A stretch of DNA of 64,000 nt, taken from assembly GCA_013265495.1 (NCBI GenBank), contig MU058650.1:1333290-1397289 (forward strand), in the 5' to 3' direction. The stretch's first letter is position 1; every line of letters begins with the position of its first letter. Under the pieces are notes generated by a model that was not told where the DNA came from, did no database searches, and saw only the letters and a list, made by a program, of their open reading frames with translations. This stretch comes from Vicugna vicugna (Eukaryota). Of the stretch, positions 1 to 29,819 are shown piece after piece. The translations under genes and the position numbers were made by a program.

Positions 1-1366
1 TATCTCCGTCTCCCAGGTTAGCAACCTTGGTGTACCTGTTGCTCCCCTCCCACACCACACTATTGATTCTACCTCTGTATTGCCTTCAGGGTCTCACCTT
101 TGTTTGCCTTTACTGCTACTGTGTTCACTGAACGAATATTTCAGTCTGCTTATACCATCTGAGGGAGGTAGGGACTAGCTGCTGGGTTGCTTCTTGGCCT
201 AATTTGGAAGTGGACTAAATGTACAGAGTGATAAGTAGTGGCCAGTAAGATGATGTTTGCTTGACGTCCGTGGCATTTCTGGACCGCTGGCCTAGCTCTC
301 ATTTTCCCCTGAGTTGCGCTCAGACCTCTGAGGCCTGACGCCAGCTGAGGTGAACTGGGTCATTCCCTTTAACCTGTGGCTGAGGAGGCGCTCCAAGTCG
401 AAAGCATAAAAGCAGGACAAGGATTTTCATCATTTAAAAACTTCCCACGTTTTTAGTGCGGTTCCTTGCTCAGTTAGGGGCCCACTACTTGCAAATTTTA
501 GTTCAAAGGTTTGGGAGCCACTGCTGACCAGACCGAATCATCCTCTAAAGGTGAGGGACAGGTTAACAAGCCCAAAAGTCATGCCTGGGACAAGCTGGAC
601 TTCTTTCTCACACTCACCAAGAACTTCCCCAAGTATCTTCTTTTGTATCTTTTTGTTCTAAAGCCCAAGATAAACCCAATGGAAGCTATTTTTAGGCACT
701 CTTCTCTTCTGCTGTCTTGTGCATCTTCCGATTGTAATCATTTTCATACTTGAATGCATGTTGCCAAATGGCAAAAATAAAACAATTTAATAAAGAGTTG
801 GGTGTCCTTTATTCAGGGGAGAACTTACATTCCCTGTGGGCTGGGGAGCACAGCCCCTCCCGGGCAGTGGAGCATTCCTGCTAAGGGCTTTTGGGCAAGA
901 GGAGCCTCACAGAGCTTTAAAGGGAGCAGCGACCTGGAAACGGCGTGACCGGTGTGAGGTCGGCCTTGCCTGCCTTAGGCTAGCCCGTCAGCCAGGGAAC
1001 CAGGAAAGAGTATTCAGCTTCAGTTAACTGGCCGAGGTTTCACATCTGACCTTACCTAGAACAAAGAAATCAGTACACACTCTTGGCAGCTGGGGATTGG
1101 CTGGCTAGATACACTGTATTTCTGGTCAAGTGGAGCATTTACAAGGACTCGAAAATTATCTTAAGTTTCTTTGGCTCCCAAGGCAGGAGCAGCTCCACCC
1201 TGGGCTTGGAAAATTATTTCAACAGTGAGGTACAAACATTTTAAATGTCCACTAAAGAAGCTCTTGACACTTCGTACTTCCCAGGATTTCAAGAAAGAAG
1301 ATGTTTTATAGGGCATGCAAATGGAAGTAACATGAGGAAGTGACATACGTAGTCTGACCAGGACGA

Positions 1367-1794
1367 GTATATTAGTTTCCTAGGGCTGCCGTGACGAAGG
1401 GCCACAAGCAGAGTGGCTTAAAAGAACAGAACTTTGTTCTCTCCCTGCTGTGGAGGCTGGCAGCCTGAGACCCAGGTGTTGGCAGGGGGCTCCTTCCGCG
1501 GGGTCAAAGGGAGCTTCTGTGTCACGCTTCTCTCTCAGCTTCGGGTGGTGTCGGACTCCTTGGGGTCTCGTTGTTTGTAGGTGCATCGCTGCATTCTCTG
1601 CCGCCATCTCCAAGTGACCCTCGCCCCTGTGTGTGCCTCCCTGTTAGAAGGACACCACTCACTGTGTTTAGGGTATAACCTAGTCCAGCATGACCTCATC
1701 TAAACTTGACTGATCTGCCAAAAAAAAAAAAACTATTTCCAAATAAAGTCATTCAGAGGCAGGACTTGTAGGGGACACTAGTCAACCTAGTACA
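1367..1794 (-). mobile_element. MaLR LTR (MLT1-like)
   Basis: tattagtttcctagggctgcc...gtggcttaaaagaacagaa...ggggacactagtcaacctagtaca resembles reverse MLT1 consensus (recall). Confidence 0.75.
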
Positions 1795-2404
1795 GCGAGG
1801 TATTCCAATAGACTACCATGGAAGATCCTTGTTACAGAAGAATTTAATTCAGAATGAATAACAAGCATTCTAGTATTGTGAATCTAGTACCCACACTTTT
1901 TTTTCTAAACATCTTTTTATCTCCCAGTTTGTTCCCTGCTATGTAAATGTTGTTCTAATGTTCCTAAAACTGACTTGTACTTCTAGAAAACCACTCTGGG
2001 GCTTAGGACTGTACTGATGGGCGTTTACAAAGAGGAAGAGGCCAACAGGTTTATTTTATCAAGACTGATGGTGTTCTTTCCAGGTTGTCAGTCCCACTCA
2101 CACTGTTGCCACTGGCAGGGGTTATGGGCTCGTCTCTAACGAGGGCAGTGAACTTTGAATCCAGGATGAAGCACATTTCTAGAGAGGTGGCTCTTTATTA
2201 GTGACTCTGTGTCCAGACGCTGTTACCTACTGTGGCAGGAATGATAACTCAAACCTACAAATTCAGATACGCAAAAAAAAAAAAGTTTTAAATTCTCTCC
2301 AAGTTTGTTTTCCAACACTTCGTTTCTATCTCATGGAAGAAATTTTAATCTAGTCATTTTCACCTAAACTCAGTCAAATTCAGTTATCTTTTCATAAATT
2401 AGAA

Positions 2405-2870
2405 AAGTTAATTGAAGTATAGTCAGTTTACCATGTTGTGTTAATTTCTGGTGTACAGCATAATGATTCAGTTATACGTAATATATATTCCTTTCCATAT
2501 TCTTTTTCATTAGATGCTCTTATGAGATATTGAATATAGTTCCCTGAGCCATACAGTGGGACCTTGCTGTTTATCTATTTTATGTATTTATATATTAGTA
2601 TATGCAAATCCTGATCTAATTTATCCCTCCACCCACCCCTCCTTTTCCCCCCAGGAATCACAATTTTGTCTTCTATGTCTGTGAGTCTGTTTCTGTTTTG
2701 TAAATAAGTTCATTTGTCTCATTTTTTTTTGAGTCCACCTATAAGTGATAGCATATGGTATTTTTCTTTCTCTTTCTGGCTTACTTCACTTAGTATGACG
2801 ATCTCCAGGTCCATCCATGTTGCTCCAAAATGGCAGTATTTTATTCTTTCTTTCTGGCTGAGTAGTATCT
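2405..2870 (-). mobile_element. L1 3'-end fragment, antisense
   Basis: Reverse complement resembles the L1 3' end at 36470-36925 (ttcacttagtatgacgatctccaggtccatccatgttgct...tggctgagtagtat). Confidence 0.85.
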
Positions 2871-3269
2871 TTTCCTAAATTGTAGGTTAACGACCTGCCA
2901 CGTTCAGGATCGTTCCCTTCACCCCTTCTATCCTGGGCACCATGGCGCCCTGGTCTGCCCTGTGCCCCGCGTGGGGACACCGCCATGGCCTGTATGGGAG
3001 GCCTAGCTCCCAGGAGCCAGGCCTCGCGAGGATCAGCTGACTTCTGTGCTCCTCACAGCTGCAACAGGAAAATCACCCAGTTCGCAGTTTTGGGGCTTTT
3101 GGGGTCATGGGAACGTTCTGTGCGGCCACCTTAGGCTCCTCATGTCCAAGCGCCTGAAGCCACCACCTCAATCTTCTGTTTAACCTCGAGTGCTCACATG
3201 GGCTACTTTTCCAAACTGGTTTGAATCTGGGAACTGAGATCTACTCGTCCTTGGAACACTGAGTTCATC

Positions 3270-3285
3270 GTGTGTGTGTGTGTGT

Positions 3286-3325
<40 letters not shown>

Positions 3326-3343
3326 GGTGTGTGCGCGCACACG
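3270..3343. repeat. (TG)n microsatellite with purine-pyrimidine tail
   Basis: About 25 TG units with one interruption, then cgtgtggtgtgtgcgcgcacacg. Confidence 0.95.
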
Positions 3344-4024
3344 TGCCTGCCTGCGGCCGGGCTCCAGGACGAGACGGGATCAGGGCCTTGTCACGGGGAC
3401 ACTGGTCAGTGGCAAATCCTCTGGCCTCCTCTCTGGCTCTAGCCTTTCTCCCCTGAGTTTCACTTAACTAGCACTGGGCAGGGGCAGGAAAAGCGAATTT
3501 TCAAAACTTTCTTGTCTTTCACCTAAGGTGTGACTTTCGAATTTTAGAATAAAAACCTCAGTGTCCCGTTGTTTGCTTTGGCTGTGCTTCCCCTTGGTGA
3601 TTACAGCTTCACATCCGGGTGTGAATGGACGACTAGCCCAGGTACAAAGATGGCGCGTCACAGCCCACAGCGCCATCTGCTTCTTCGCTGCCCTTCTGTT
3701 ATAATTCTTGCTCCATCCACTTTGGTGTGTCCTCTTCCTCCACCTGAATGCAGGTATCTTTCTCTACAGGCTTTTCTTTGGGTCACTTCATGCATTTAAT
3801 GCCTTCAACCGTTACGTCTCTGCCCTAACTCCCAATGCTATGCTTCACTCCTGAACTGGTTCCCAATTAAATCTTTTTGACAAATGCAAATAAAGATCAG
3901 AGTTAGTTTTTATTTATTTAGGAGTATAAACTGCCCCGAAAGTAAGCCACTCAAGTGCTACAATTATTCTTACTGTAGTGAATTTCCCTATTTTTTTCAC
4001 TTGAAATTTAAAAATTTTTTAAAT

Positions 4025-4275
4025 TTTATATTTTTTTTTTATTGAGTTAGTCAGTTTACAATGCTGTGTCAATTTCTGATGTACAGCACAATGCTTCAGT
4101 CATACATGAACATACATATATTCGTTTTCATATTCTTTTTCACCGTGAGCTACTACAAGATATTGAATGTATTTCCCTGTGCTTACCGTATAAACTTACT
4201 TATCTATGTTATAGATACCTGTCAGTATCTGCAAATCTCGAACTCCCAGTTTATCCCTTCCCACCCTCCTCCCTG
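4025..4275 (-). mobile_element. 5'-truncated L1 3' end, similar to the full-length L1 at 29820-36928
   Basis: Poly-T then sequence complementary to 36680-36920. Confidence 0.88.
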
Positions 4276-4719
4276 CTGAAATTTTTTATTTTGCTAAAGT
4301 TTACAAATAGAATACAGCAGCCCACATTCTATGGCTTCTAAAAAAAATTCTCTTATTTTCTTAAAAAAAAACCTTGGATTTTCAGATTCCTAGGTTCTTA
4401 AATGAAATTATTAACCACACTTTGGTCTGCTGCTCACATTTGTGATGAATCTGCTCCTAGGTTTTAAAGTTGAGTTGGAAGGGAAGCTGTCTGCCTTGTG
4501 TTTCTCTCCCAACTGCCCCAAGTCTCTTTGCACTTCTCCAGAAGTCACGTTCAATACAGTGGCAATATTTCCTGGAGTCCTTTTTTATTTTTAATTGAAG
4601 TGTAGTCGATTTACAATGTTGTGTTTGCTTCTGGTGTACCTAGTAGTGCTTTTGATGGCAGAATTGTCCACTCAAAGCTGTACTTCTAAGGCTGGTCTCT
4701 CCTAGGGCAAAACTAGCGA

Positions 4720-4950
4720 AGAGGCTTGGAGCCTAGACCCGGCAACCCAACAGCCTGAGTTCAAACTGCAGCTGTCATTAATAACTCGCTCTGTGACCTT
4801 GAACAATTTATATAACTTCTGTATCTAAGTTTCCTCATCTACAAAATGTGGATAACAAAACTCCCTAATTCACTGGGCCTTTGTGAGGATTAAATGAATT
4901 AAACAGTGAAAGAACTGCCCCATACTAAGAATTATATAAATAGCTATTAT
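4720..4950 (+). mobile_element. MIR SINE
   Basis: MIR core ctgtgaccttgaacaa...agtttcctcatctacaaaatg...ttgtgaggattaaatga. Confidence 0.8.
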
Positions 4951-5359
4951 TATAACCAGTCATCTTTTGATGTCTGACGACCCCTCCCCATCTAGTTATC
5001 AGCACTGGAATCTGTTTATTAGACCAGACCAGGTGTTTAATTTTCTGAGTCATTTCTTTAAAATTTCAACTTTTCAGATAAAGATCTCATATATCTTGTA
5101 CATTTCACATACACACAATTTAAGCATTGATACACATTATAATGATTTCCTTTTAACAGTTACTAAAGCAGTAGGTATGAAAAGGTTTGTGCTTAGCCTA
5201 GAGTAGGGCCAGCAAGAGAGAAGGCTTGGGTGTGACATCGAAAGGAAGGAGGCAGGACTTGATAACTTACTGATTATAGAGGATCTGTTAGCTGAAGGAA
5301 TCACATACCCCTCTAAAGGACCAACCTAGTGTGACTGGGAAAGTTAAGGTGGGGTGCTG

Positions 5360-6305
5360 AATTTATCTATTGCTATGTAGAAAATTATCCCCAAATATAG
5401 TGGCTTAAAACAATAGCCATTTATTTTCTCTCATTGTTTCTGTGGATCATGAAGCCAGACAGGGCACAGGAGGGATGGCTTGTCTCTGCTCCAAGATCTC
5501 TGGGATCTCAGCTGGGATGTTTGAAGGCTGGGGACTGGAATCATCTGAGAACTTTTTAATCCATATTTCTGGTTAGATCTAGCCTGGGAAGTCACATACC
5601 TCACTTCTGCCAAACTCCATGGTCGGGGCAGTCAGTGTTTCCTGCCCAGGTCCAAGGGGAAGGAACACAGACCCCCACCTCGAGTCGGAGTGAGCATCCT
5701 CATATTGAAAGAAGAACTTGTGGGGTGGGCTACCTGTATGGTCGCCCACCCCACAAGGCCGCTCCCCACCCCCCGCCCCAGATGGCTGCTCTCCTGCTCT
5801 CCGGACGTCCCCTTCTTGACCAGACCTTGCTTCATCCACACCCTACTCACCCGGATGACCTTCCCTCTTAACCACACAGCCTGATTAGTGAATGCCTGCG
5901 TACTTGGCCCCATCTCCGCTAGTGACTGTTCTAATCTTTGAATCAGAACATCTCTACAAAGATAGTTTATCAAAGGGGTGGTGAGGAGTGTGCTCCTCTG
6001 CTGGTCTCCCTGGTAACTAATGAGCCAAGCTGATGTCAATTCCCCCTGTAGCAAGTCCCTCTTCCTCCCTGAAGCCCAGACTGTGCCCCTTCCAGCCTGC
6101 CTTCTGCAGCCCGTGGTGGGGTGTCTCTCCAGGACCCTCTTGCTATGGGTGTAAGATCCCCTACCCAGTAAACCATTGATGTCTCTGAGACTGACTCTGG
6201 ACTCTTCTGGTCTTGAGGCCAGGCAATTACAGGGCTTGCAGGCCTGTGGGGTGCAGCCCAACACTAACTTTAGTTGTGGCCAACTTTGAAGAATACAATC
6301 TCCCT
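5360..6305 (-). mobile_element. MaLR LTR (MLT1-like), split by the solo LTR at 5735-6263
   Basis: gtggcttaaaacaatagccatttatt...ggggactggaatcatctg upstream; gttgtggccaactttgaagaatacaatct resumes after the insert. Confidence 0.65.
5735..6263 (+). mobile_element. ERV-type solo LTR (529 bp)
   Basis: TG...CA termini with imperfect inverted ends; 5-bp flanks ctacc/ctaac; AGTAAA poly(A)-like hexamer near 6167 suggests + orientation. Confidence 0.6.
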
Positions 6306-7207
6306 CTGTTACAAAGCATAATTAAGGGTGGGGATTTTACTTTAGGGAAAACATGGGTTTGGGCGTGGAGGAAGCTGAGTTGGAGTGCTCACTGTGTGTG
6401 TTGCCACTGCTTTTATCTTCTGTATAAAATCAATATAAAGGAAAATAATGTTACAAAGTCACAAAGATTTGCTGTCTCCAGCTCTTCAGCCGACGATCCC
6501 AAGTAATGGGTTCCCAAAATGCAAGAATAATCATAGTTAACATTTGTATCATTCTCTGGGAAAAGGGACAGGAAAGCAATGCAATGTAATGATACCAGTT
6601 CAGACCTGAGCTCCAACCATTTTCTGTGCAATCATCGACAAAACGTTAACTTCTTTGTAGCTCTTCATCTCATTAGTTAAGGTGTGGACAGTAACAGCAT
6701 CTAATTCATGGAGTGTTGTGAAAGTTAATATAATTTTATTAATTGTTCAAGTTAGGCATTAATGTGTTTTCTCTTCTTCCTCCTATTGAAAAACAATTGC
6801 AACATTATCTCATTATAAACGAAAACCTGACTTGCTTAAAAGTATTTTCATGACTTTCCTTTGTCTATGTGGGTCTAAGTGAGAGAAGCAGGCTCAGTGA
6901 ATGGAAAAGGCCCGGTTACACATAAACCACTGGTCTCAGGAGGTCAGAAGCGGTGGAAACGGCTCCCCAGCAGCCCAGTCAGGTGCTGGGTGGTTTCTGC
7001 TCGGACGCCCACAGTCACATGCGGCTCCGGGGCCCAGCGCCAGGCTCCGCCCCGCCCCTCCTCGGCTGCCGGCCAATGACGGCCGGCCAATGCGATCCGA
7101 GGCTGCTATTGGAGGAGGCGGCCGGGCCGGGGGTGGGGCGGAGTCGGGGACGCGCCGCGCGCGCCCATGTCTCTCTGCGGCGAGTCACCGCTCCGCGCTC
7201 GTCGAGG

Positions 7208-24677
<17,470 letters not shown>

Positions 24678-24913
24678 GTGCTTCCGTCGTCTCAGGCAGT
24701 GGCCCTGTGTGGCCAGACAGGCCTGCTGTCCTCAGGGTGACTGAGGACCCGGGGTCAGCTCATGTCGATCTGTTTCACTTTTTATTTTCTCTCTTAACTC
24801 TTAAAAAAAAAAGAAAGATAAAAAGATCAAATCCCATAGCCTTTTGATATCACAAATGAATTTTTTCTTCTGCTTTTAATTTTTTGTATTCTTTCAAGAA
24901 TACAAATTCTTTG

Positions 24914-25035
24914 TATTCTTTTTGTTATAAAGCTGTATGTATTATTTGAAATACCATTGTGCAATATTTGTGACTATTCTTTTTGTTATAAAGCTGTATG
25001 TACTATTTGAAATACCATTGTGCAATTTTTGTGAC
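24914..25035 (+). repeat. Tandem duplication, 2 x 61 bp (59/61 identical)
   Basis: Units 24914-24974 and 24975-25035 aligned by eye. Confidence 0.95.
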
Positions 25036-25879
25036 TTACGAGTAGCTAGAAGCTTCAGTTTTAGAGACTAGATCTTAATTTACATTTTTGAAGCTTGTTA
25101 AAGATTATGTGAATGTTGTCTCTAGCTAGTTGAGATGTAATAGACTCTTCCAAGTGAGAGCGGCTGTTCTGCACAGACCAGCACAGTGTCTGCAGTGTTG
25201 CTAGAAATAGGAGGAACCCATGTGCTCAGATCTAAAGTGGGTGCAATTTCTCATAACCTCAGCTTTCAGAATTTGCTGGGTGTGTGGTGGGGAGGTTGGG
25301 GCTTTGTGCTGAATTACTACAGCAGCACAGAGTGGGAAGGAAGTGGAAGCTGCTCAACTGAATCGATTCATGAAGAGACGAGACTGCCGCTTGAATTATG
25401 CCACAACACCTGTTCTTGCTTACGCAGGAGGGAATTCAGCACAAGCAGTTTGAGCTGCATTTCGTGTAGGAGGAAACCACACGGTAGGCAAGGCTGCGCA
25501 CACCGCCTCAGCTGCAGTTCTCAGAGAGGAAGGCCTTCTCAATTTGAGACTCACAAGAGTCGGGGATGGAGAGGGCAGGAAAGCTCACTGTGTTACACAT
25601 ACCTCATGGCAAATAAGTCATGGTGAATCCTTTGAGGGAACAAAAAGATAATATATGGAAAAAATTGTTCTTAGATTCAGACAAAGACTACTTTCCAAAG
25701 AGTAATCACGGCTCTCTCGCAGCTCATCACGTGCTAAGTTGGGTCCTAGAGGCTTTATTTGTAATAACTCTGATCCTCACAAAAGCTCACTAGGGTAGGT
25801 GCCACCATCATCGCTCCTCCATAGATAAGGAATTGGAGGCACAGAGTGGTAAGTGGCTGAGATGGGTTCAGTTCTAAGC

Positions 25880-27174
25880 AAAACAGAAATACAACACACA
25901 AAATCATACAGGAAACAGCAAGATCAATTTTAGTAGGGAAGTTCATACTGCGTTAAGAATCAATAAGGATCTCAATAAAACAACCTAACCTTACACCTCA
26001 AGGAACCAGAAAAAAAAGAGCAAACTGAGCCCAAAGTTATTAGAAGGAAATGTAAGCTTAGAGCAGAAAGAAATGAAATAGAGACTAAAAAGACAATAGA
26101 AAAGATCAGTAAAATGAAATGCTGATTTTTTAAAAAAGAAACAGAATAGCTAGAGTTACAATGAAAAAGAGGACTCAAATAAAATTATAAATAAGAGGAG
26201 ATATTACAACTAATACACAATGAATCATAAGCGACTATGCTGAACAATTACACACCAACAAACTGCACAACCTAGAAGAGATGGATAAATTCCTAGAACA
26301 TTAAAACCTACCAAGGCTGAAGCATGAGAAAAATAGAAATCTGAGCATACTAATTACCAGTAGAGGTGTTCGAATCAGTAATCAAAAACTTCCCAATAAA
26401 GAAAATTCCAGGAGCAGTCAGCTTCATTGGTAAATTCCACCAAACATTTAAAGAATATTAATCCTTCTTAAACTCCTCCAACAAACAGAAGAGGAGGGAA
26501 TACTTCCAAACTGATTTTGAGGATAGCGTTACCCTGGTACCAAAACCAAATAAGGACACTACAAGAACAGAATACTACACGCCTACATAACATCTCTGAT
26601 GAATATAGATACAAATACCTGAACAACATATTAGCAAAGCAAAGTCTACAGCACATTAAAAGGGTCATGCCCTATAGTTAAGTGGAATTTATCCCAGGGA
26701 TGTAAGGATGGTGCATATCCATAAATCAATGTGATAAGCCAATTAGCAAAATGAAGGATAAAAATCAGATGATCACCTGAAAATGCAGAACCATGTGACA
26801 AAATTCAACATCCATTCATGATAAAAACTCCCAACATATGGGGTTCAGAACGTACCTCAACATAATGTAGGTTATATATGACAAGCCGACAGCTGACACC
26901 AGACTCAGTGATGAAAAGCTGAAGTTTTCCTCTCAGATCAGTCACAAGACAAGAATGTCCACTCTTGCCAATTTTATTCAACATAGTACTAGAAGTCCTA
27001 GGCAGAGCAAGTGGAAGAAAATGCAAGGAAAGGAAATGAAAGCTTCTGAAACAAAAGGGAAGAAGTAGATGAACTATAGATGACGTATTATATATAGACT
27101 AACCTAAAGACTGCCAAAAAAAACCTGTTACAATAAACGACTACAATAAAGCTGCAGGATACATAATCGATGTA
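25880..27174 (+). mobile_element. Older L1 ORF2 fragment (host element, left part)
   Basis: Colinear with 33660-34995 but more decayed. Confidence 0.88.
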
Positions 27175-27815
27175 CAGGCATACTACATTTGATTGTGCTT
27201 TGTAGATGCTGCACTTTTGTTTTTTAACAAATCGAAGGTTTGCTTCAATCCTGCTATCAGATTATGGTTAGTATTTTTTAGCAATAAAGTATTTTAAAAT
27301 TAAGGTATATATATTTTAGACATAATACTATTGCACACTGAATAGACTACAGTATAGTGTAAAGATAACTTCTGTATGCATTGGGAAACAATTCATGTGA
27401 CTCGCTTTGAGATGCTGCTTTACTGCAGTGGTCTGGAGCTAAACCTGCAATAGCTCCACGATATGCCTGTACTGAGTTTTTTTTTTTTTTTTTTTAAACA
27501 ACTTTGCATCAAGCAAGGCTGTAAGGGCCATTTTTCCAACAGCATTTGCTCACTTTATGTCTCTATGTCACATTTTGGTAATTCTTGCAATATTTCAAAC
27601 TTTTAAAGTTGTATTTGTTATGGTGACCTGTGACCAGTGATCTTTGATGATACCATTGTAATTGTTTTGGGGCAGTATGACCTGTGCTCGTATCAGATGG
27701 AGAACTTGGTAAGTGTTGTGCCTTCTGACTGCTCCAGCCAACCAGCAACTCCCGTCTCTCTCCTTCTTCCTGAGGGGAGGGAGCAGGCCTCCCTATTCCC
27801 TGAGACACAACAATA
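27175..27815 (+). mobile_element. Tigger1-derived MITE (27175-27469, TA-flanked) followed by further Tigger1 5'-internal sequence
   Basis: TIR cores caggcata/tatgcctg with TA on both sides; ccatttttccaacagca...ccctattccctgagacacaacaata resembles Tigger1 (recall). Confidence 0.82.
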
Positions 27816-27820
27816 CATAC

Positions 27821-28270
27821 TTTTTAATTTTCATTTTTTATTGAAGTATAGTTAATTTATAGTTTTTCAGGTGTACAGCATAGTGACTCAGATACACACA
27901 CACACACACACACACATACACATACACACACACATATTTTCAGATTCTTTTCCATTATAGGTTATATGTAGATATGGAATAGTTTCCAACACTATACAGT
28001 AAGTCCTTGTTTATCTATTTTATATATAGTAGTGTGTATATGTTAATCCCAAATTCCAAATTTATCCTTTCCTACCTCTTTCCTTTTTGGTAACCATAAG
28101 TTTACTTTCTATGTCTATGAGTCTATTTCTGTTTTGTAAATAAGTTCATCTTATTTCTTTAGAGTCTACATGTAAGTGGTATCACATGACATTTATCTTT
28201 GATTTACTTCACTTAGTAGGATAATCTCGAGGTACGTCCATGTTGCAGCAAATGCCTATATTTCATTCTT
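27821..28270 (-). mobile_element. L1 3' end, antisense, with (CA)n at 27895-27935
   Basis: Similar to 2405-2870. Confidence 0.85.
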
Positions 28271-28395
28271 CATGCATAGCATGCACGAGGTCCTGGGTTC
28301 AATCCCCAGTACCTCCATTAATAAATACAAATAAATAAATAAACCTAATTACCTCCCCCTGCCAAAAGGAAAGAAACCCAAACCAAATAACCCCC
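28271..28395 (+). mobile_element. 5'-truncated Vic-1-like SINE
   Basis: Starts at catgcatagcatgcacgaggtcctgggttcaatcccc; tail intact. Confidence 0.85.
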
Positions 28396-28397
28396 AA

Positions 28398-29819
28398 TAT
28401 GGTATTGGCATAAAAACACATAGATCAGTGGAACAGAATAGAAAGCCCAGAAACAGACCCATGCACATATATGGTCAATTAACTTACAACAAAGGAGCCG
28501 AGAATATACAGTGGGGAAAGGACAATACCTTCAATACGTGGTGCTGGAAAACTGGACAGCCAAGTGCAAAAGAATGAAATTGGGCCACTATCTTAAACCA
28601 TACACATAAAGACTGAAATTTGATACCTGAAACCATGAAACTCCTAGATGAACACAAAGTAGGTAAGCCCCTTGACATGGATCTCGACAAGGTTTTCTGG
28701 ATTTGACACCAAAAGCAAATACAAACAAATGGGACTACATCAAACTAAGAAGCTTCTGCACAGCCAAGGAAATCATTCACAAAATAAAAAGGCAGCCTAT
28801 GAAATGGGAAAAAAAATTGCCATATATATATGACAAGGGGTTAATGTCCAAAATACATATATAGAACTCACACAACTCAACAGCAAAAAAGCAATCAATT
28901 AAAAAATGGGCAGAGGATCTGAACATACACTTTTCCAAAGACATACAAATGATCAGCAGGTACACAAAAAGGCGTTCAACATCAGCAGTCATCAGAGAAA
29001 CACAAATCAAAACCACAATATCACCTCACAGGTGTTAGAATGGCTATCATCTAAAAGACAAAAGAGAAGTATTGGTGAGGATGCGAAGAAAAGAGAACAC
29101 TGTGGACCGTTGGTGGAAATGTAAACTGGGGCAGTAAGAATGGAAAACAGTATTAAGATTCATCAAAAAATTAAAAACTGTAAAAAGTACAAATCCAGCA
29201 ATCCGAGTTCTGTGTATATACACTCAAAGGAAATGGAAACAGGATATTAATATAAAAAAAACCCGAACTACATTCCTATATTCACTGCAGCACGATTGAC
29301 AATAGCCTAGATACGAAAACACCTAAGTGGCAGTCAAAGATGAATGAAGAAAGATGTGTGGCAAATGTATACAATGGAATGTTAATTCTGCCATGAGAAA
29401 GAAGGAAGTCCTACCATTTGTGAAAACATGGATGGATCTTGAGGCAACTATGTTCAGTGAAATAAGCCAGGCAGAAAGACAAACACTGCATGGTATTTAT
29501 ATGTGGAATCTTAAAAAGGGAGTAAAACTCAGTAAGAAAGCAGTTGCTAGGGGCTGGGGGTGTAGAGGAAAATAGGGAGAAGTTAAAGGTTACAACATTT
29601 CAGCTGTAACATGAATGGTCTGAGGGTTTAATGTGTAACATGGTGACTACAGATGATAATATTGTATTATATAATTTAAACTGAAACTTGCTGAGTAGAA
29701 ATAAAATATCACCAAAAAAAAAAGTGATGATGGATTTAACTAGATAGGAGGAAACTTTCACAATGTATACGTAGATCAAATCATGATGTACAGTACATTT
29801 AAAATATCTTACAATTTTG
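28398..29819 (+). mobile_element. Older L1 ORF2 C-terminal part and 3' UTR (host element, right part; last ~40 bp at 36935-36975)
   Basis: Colinear with 35443-36600; terminal gtcaattatatctcaataaag+A tail is displaced beyond the inserted L1. Confidence 0.88.

Noticed and set aside
786..1190. Possible old LTR fragment
   Set aside because: Could not define termini, TSD or family from the sequence alone.
5632..6264. 210-aa minus-strand ORF coinciding with the solo LTR
   Set aside because: Non-ATG start, no recognisable domain, spans an LTR/MaLR junction; most likely chance.
24914..25035. Direct repeats as a CRISPR-like or larger array
   Set aside because: Only two adjacent units, no spacers, eukaryotic context.
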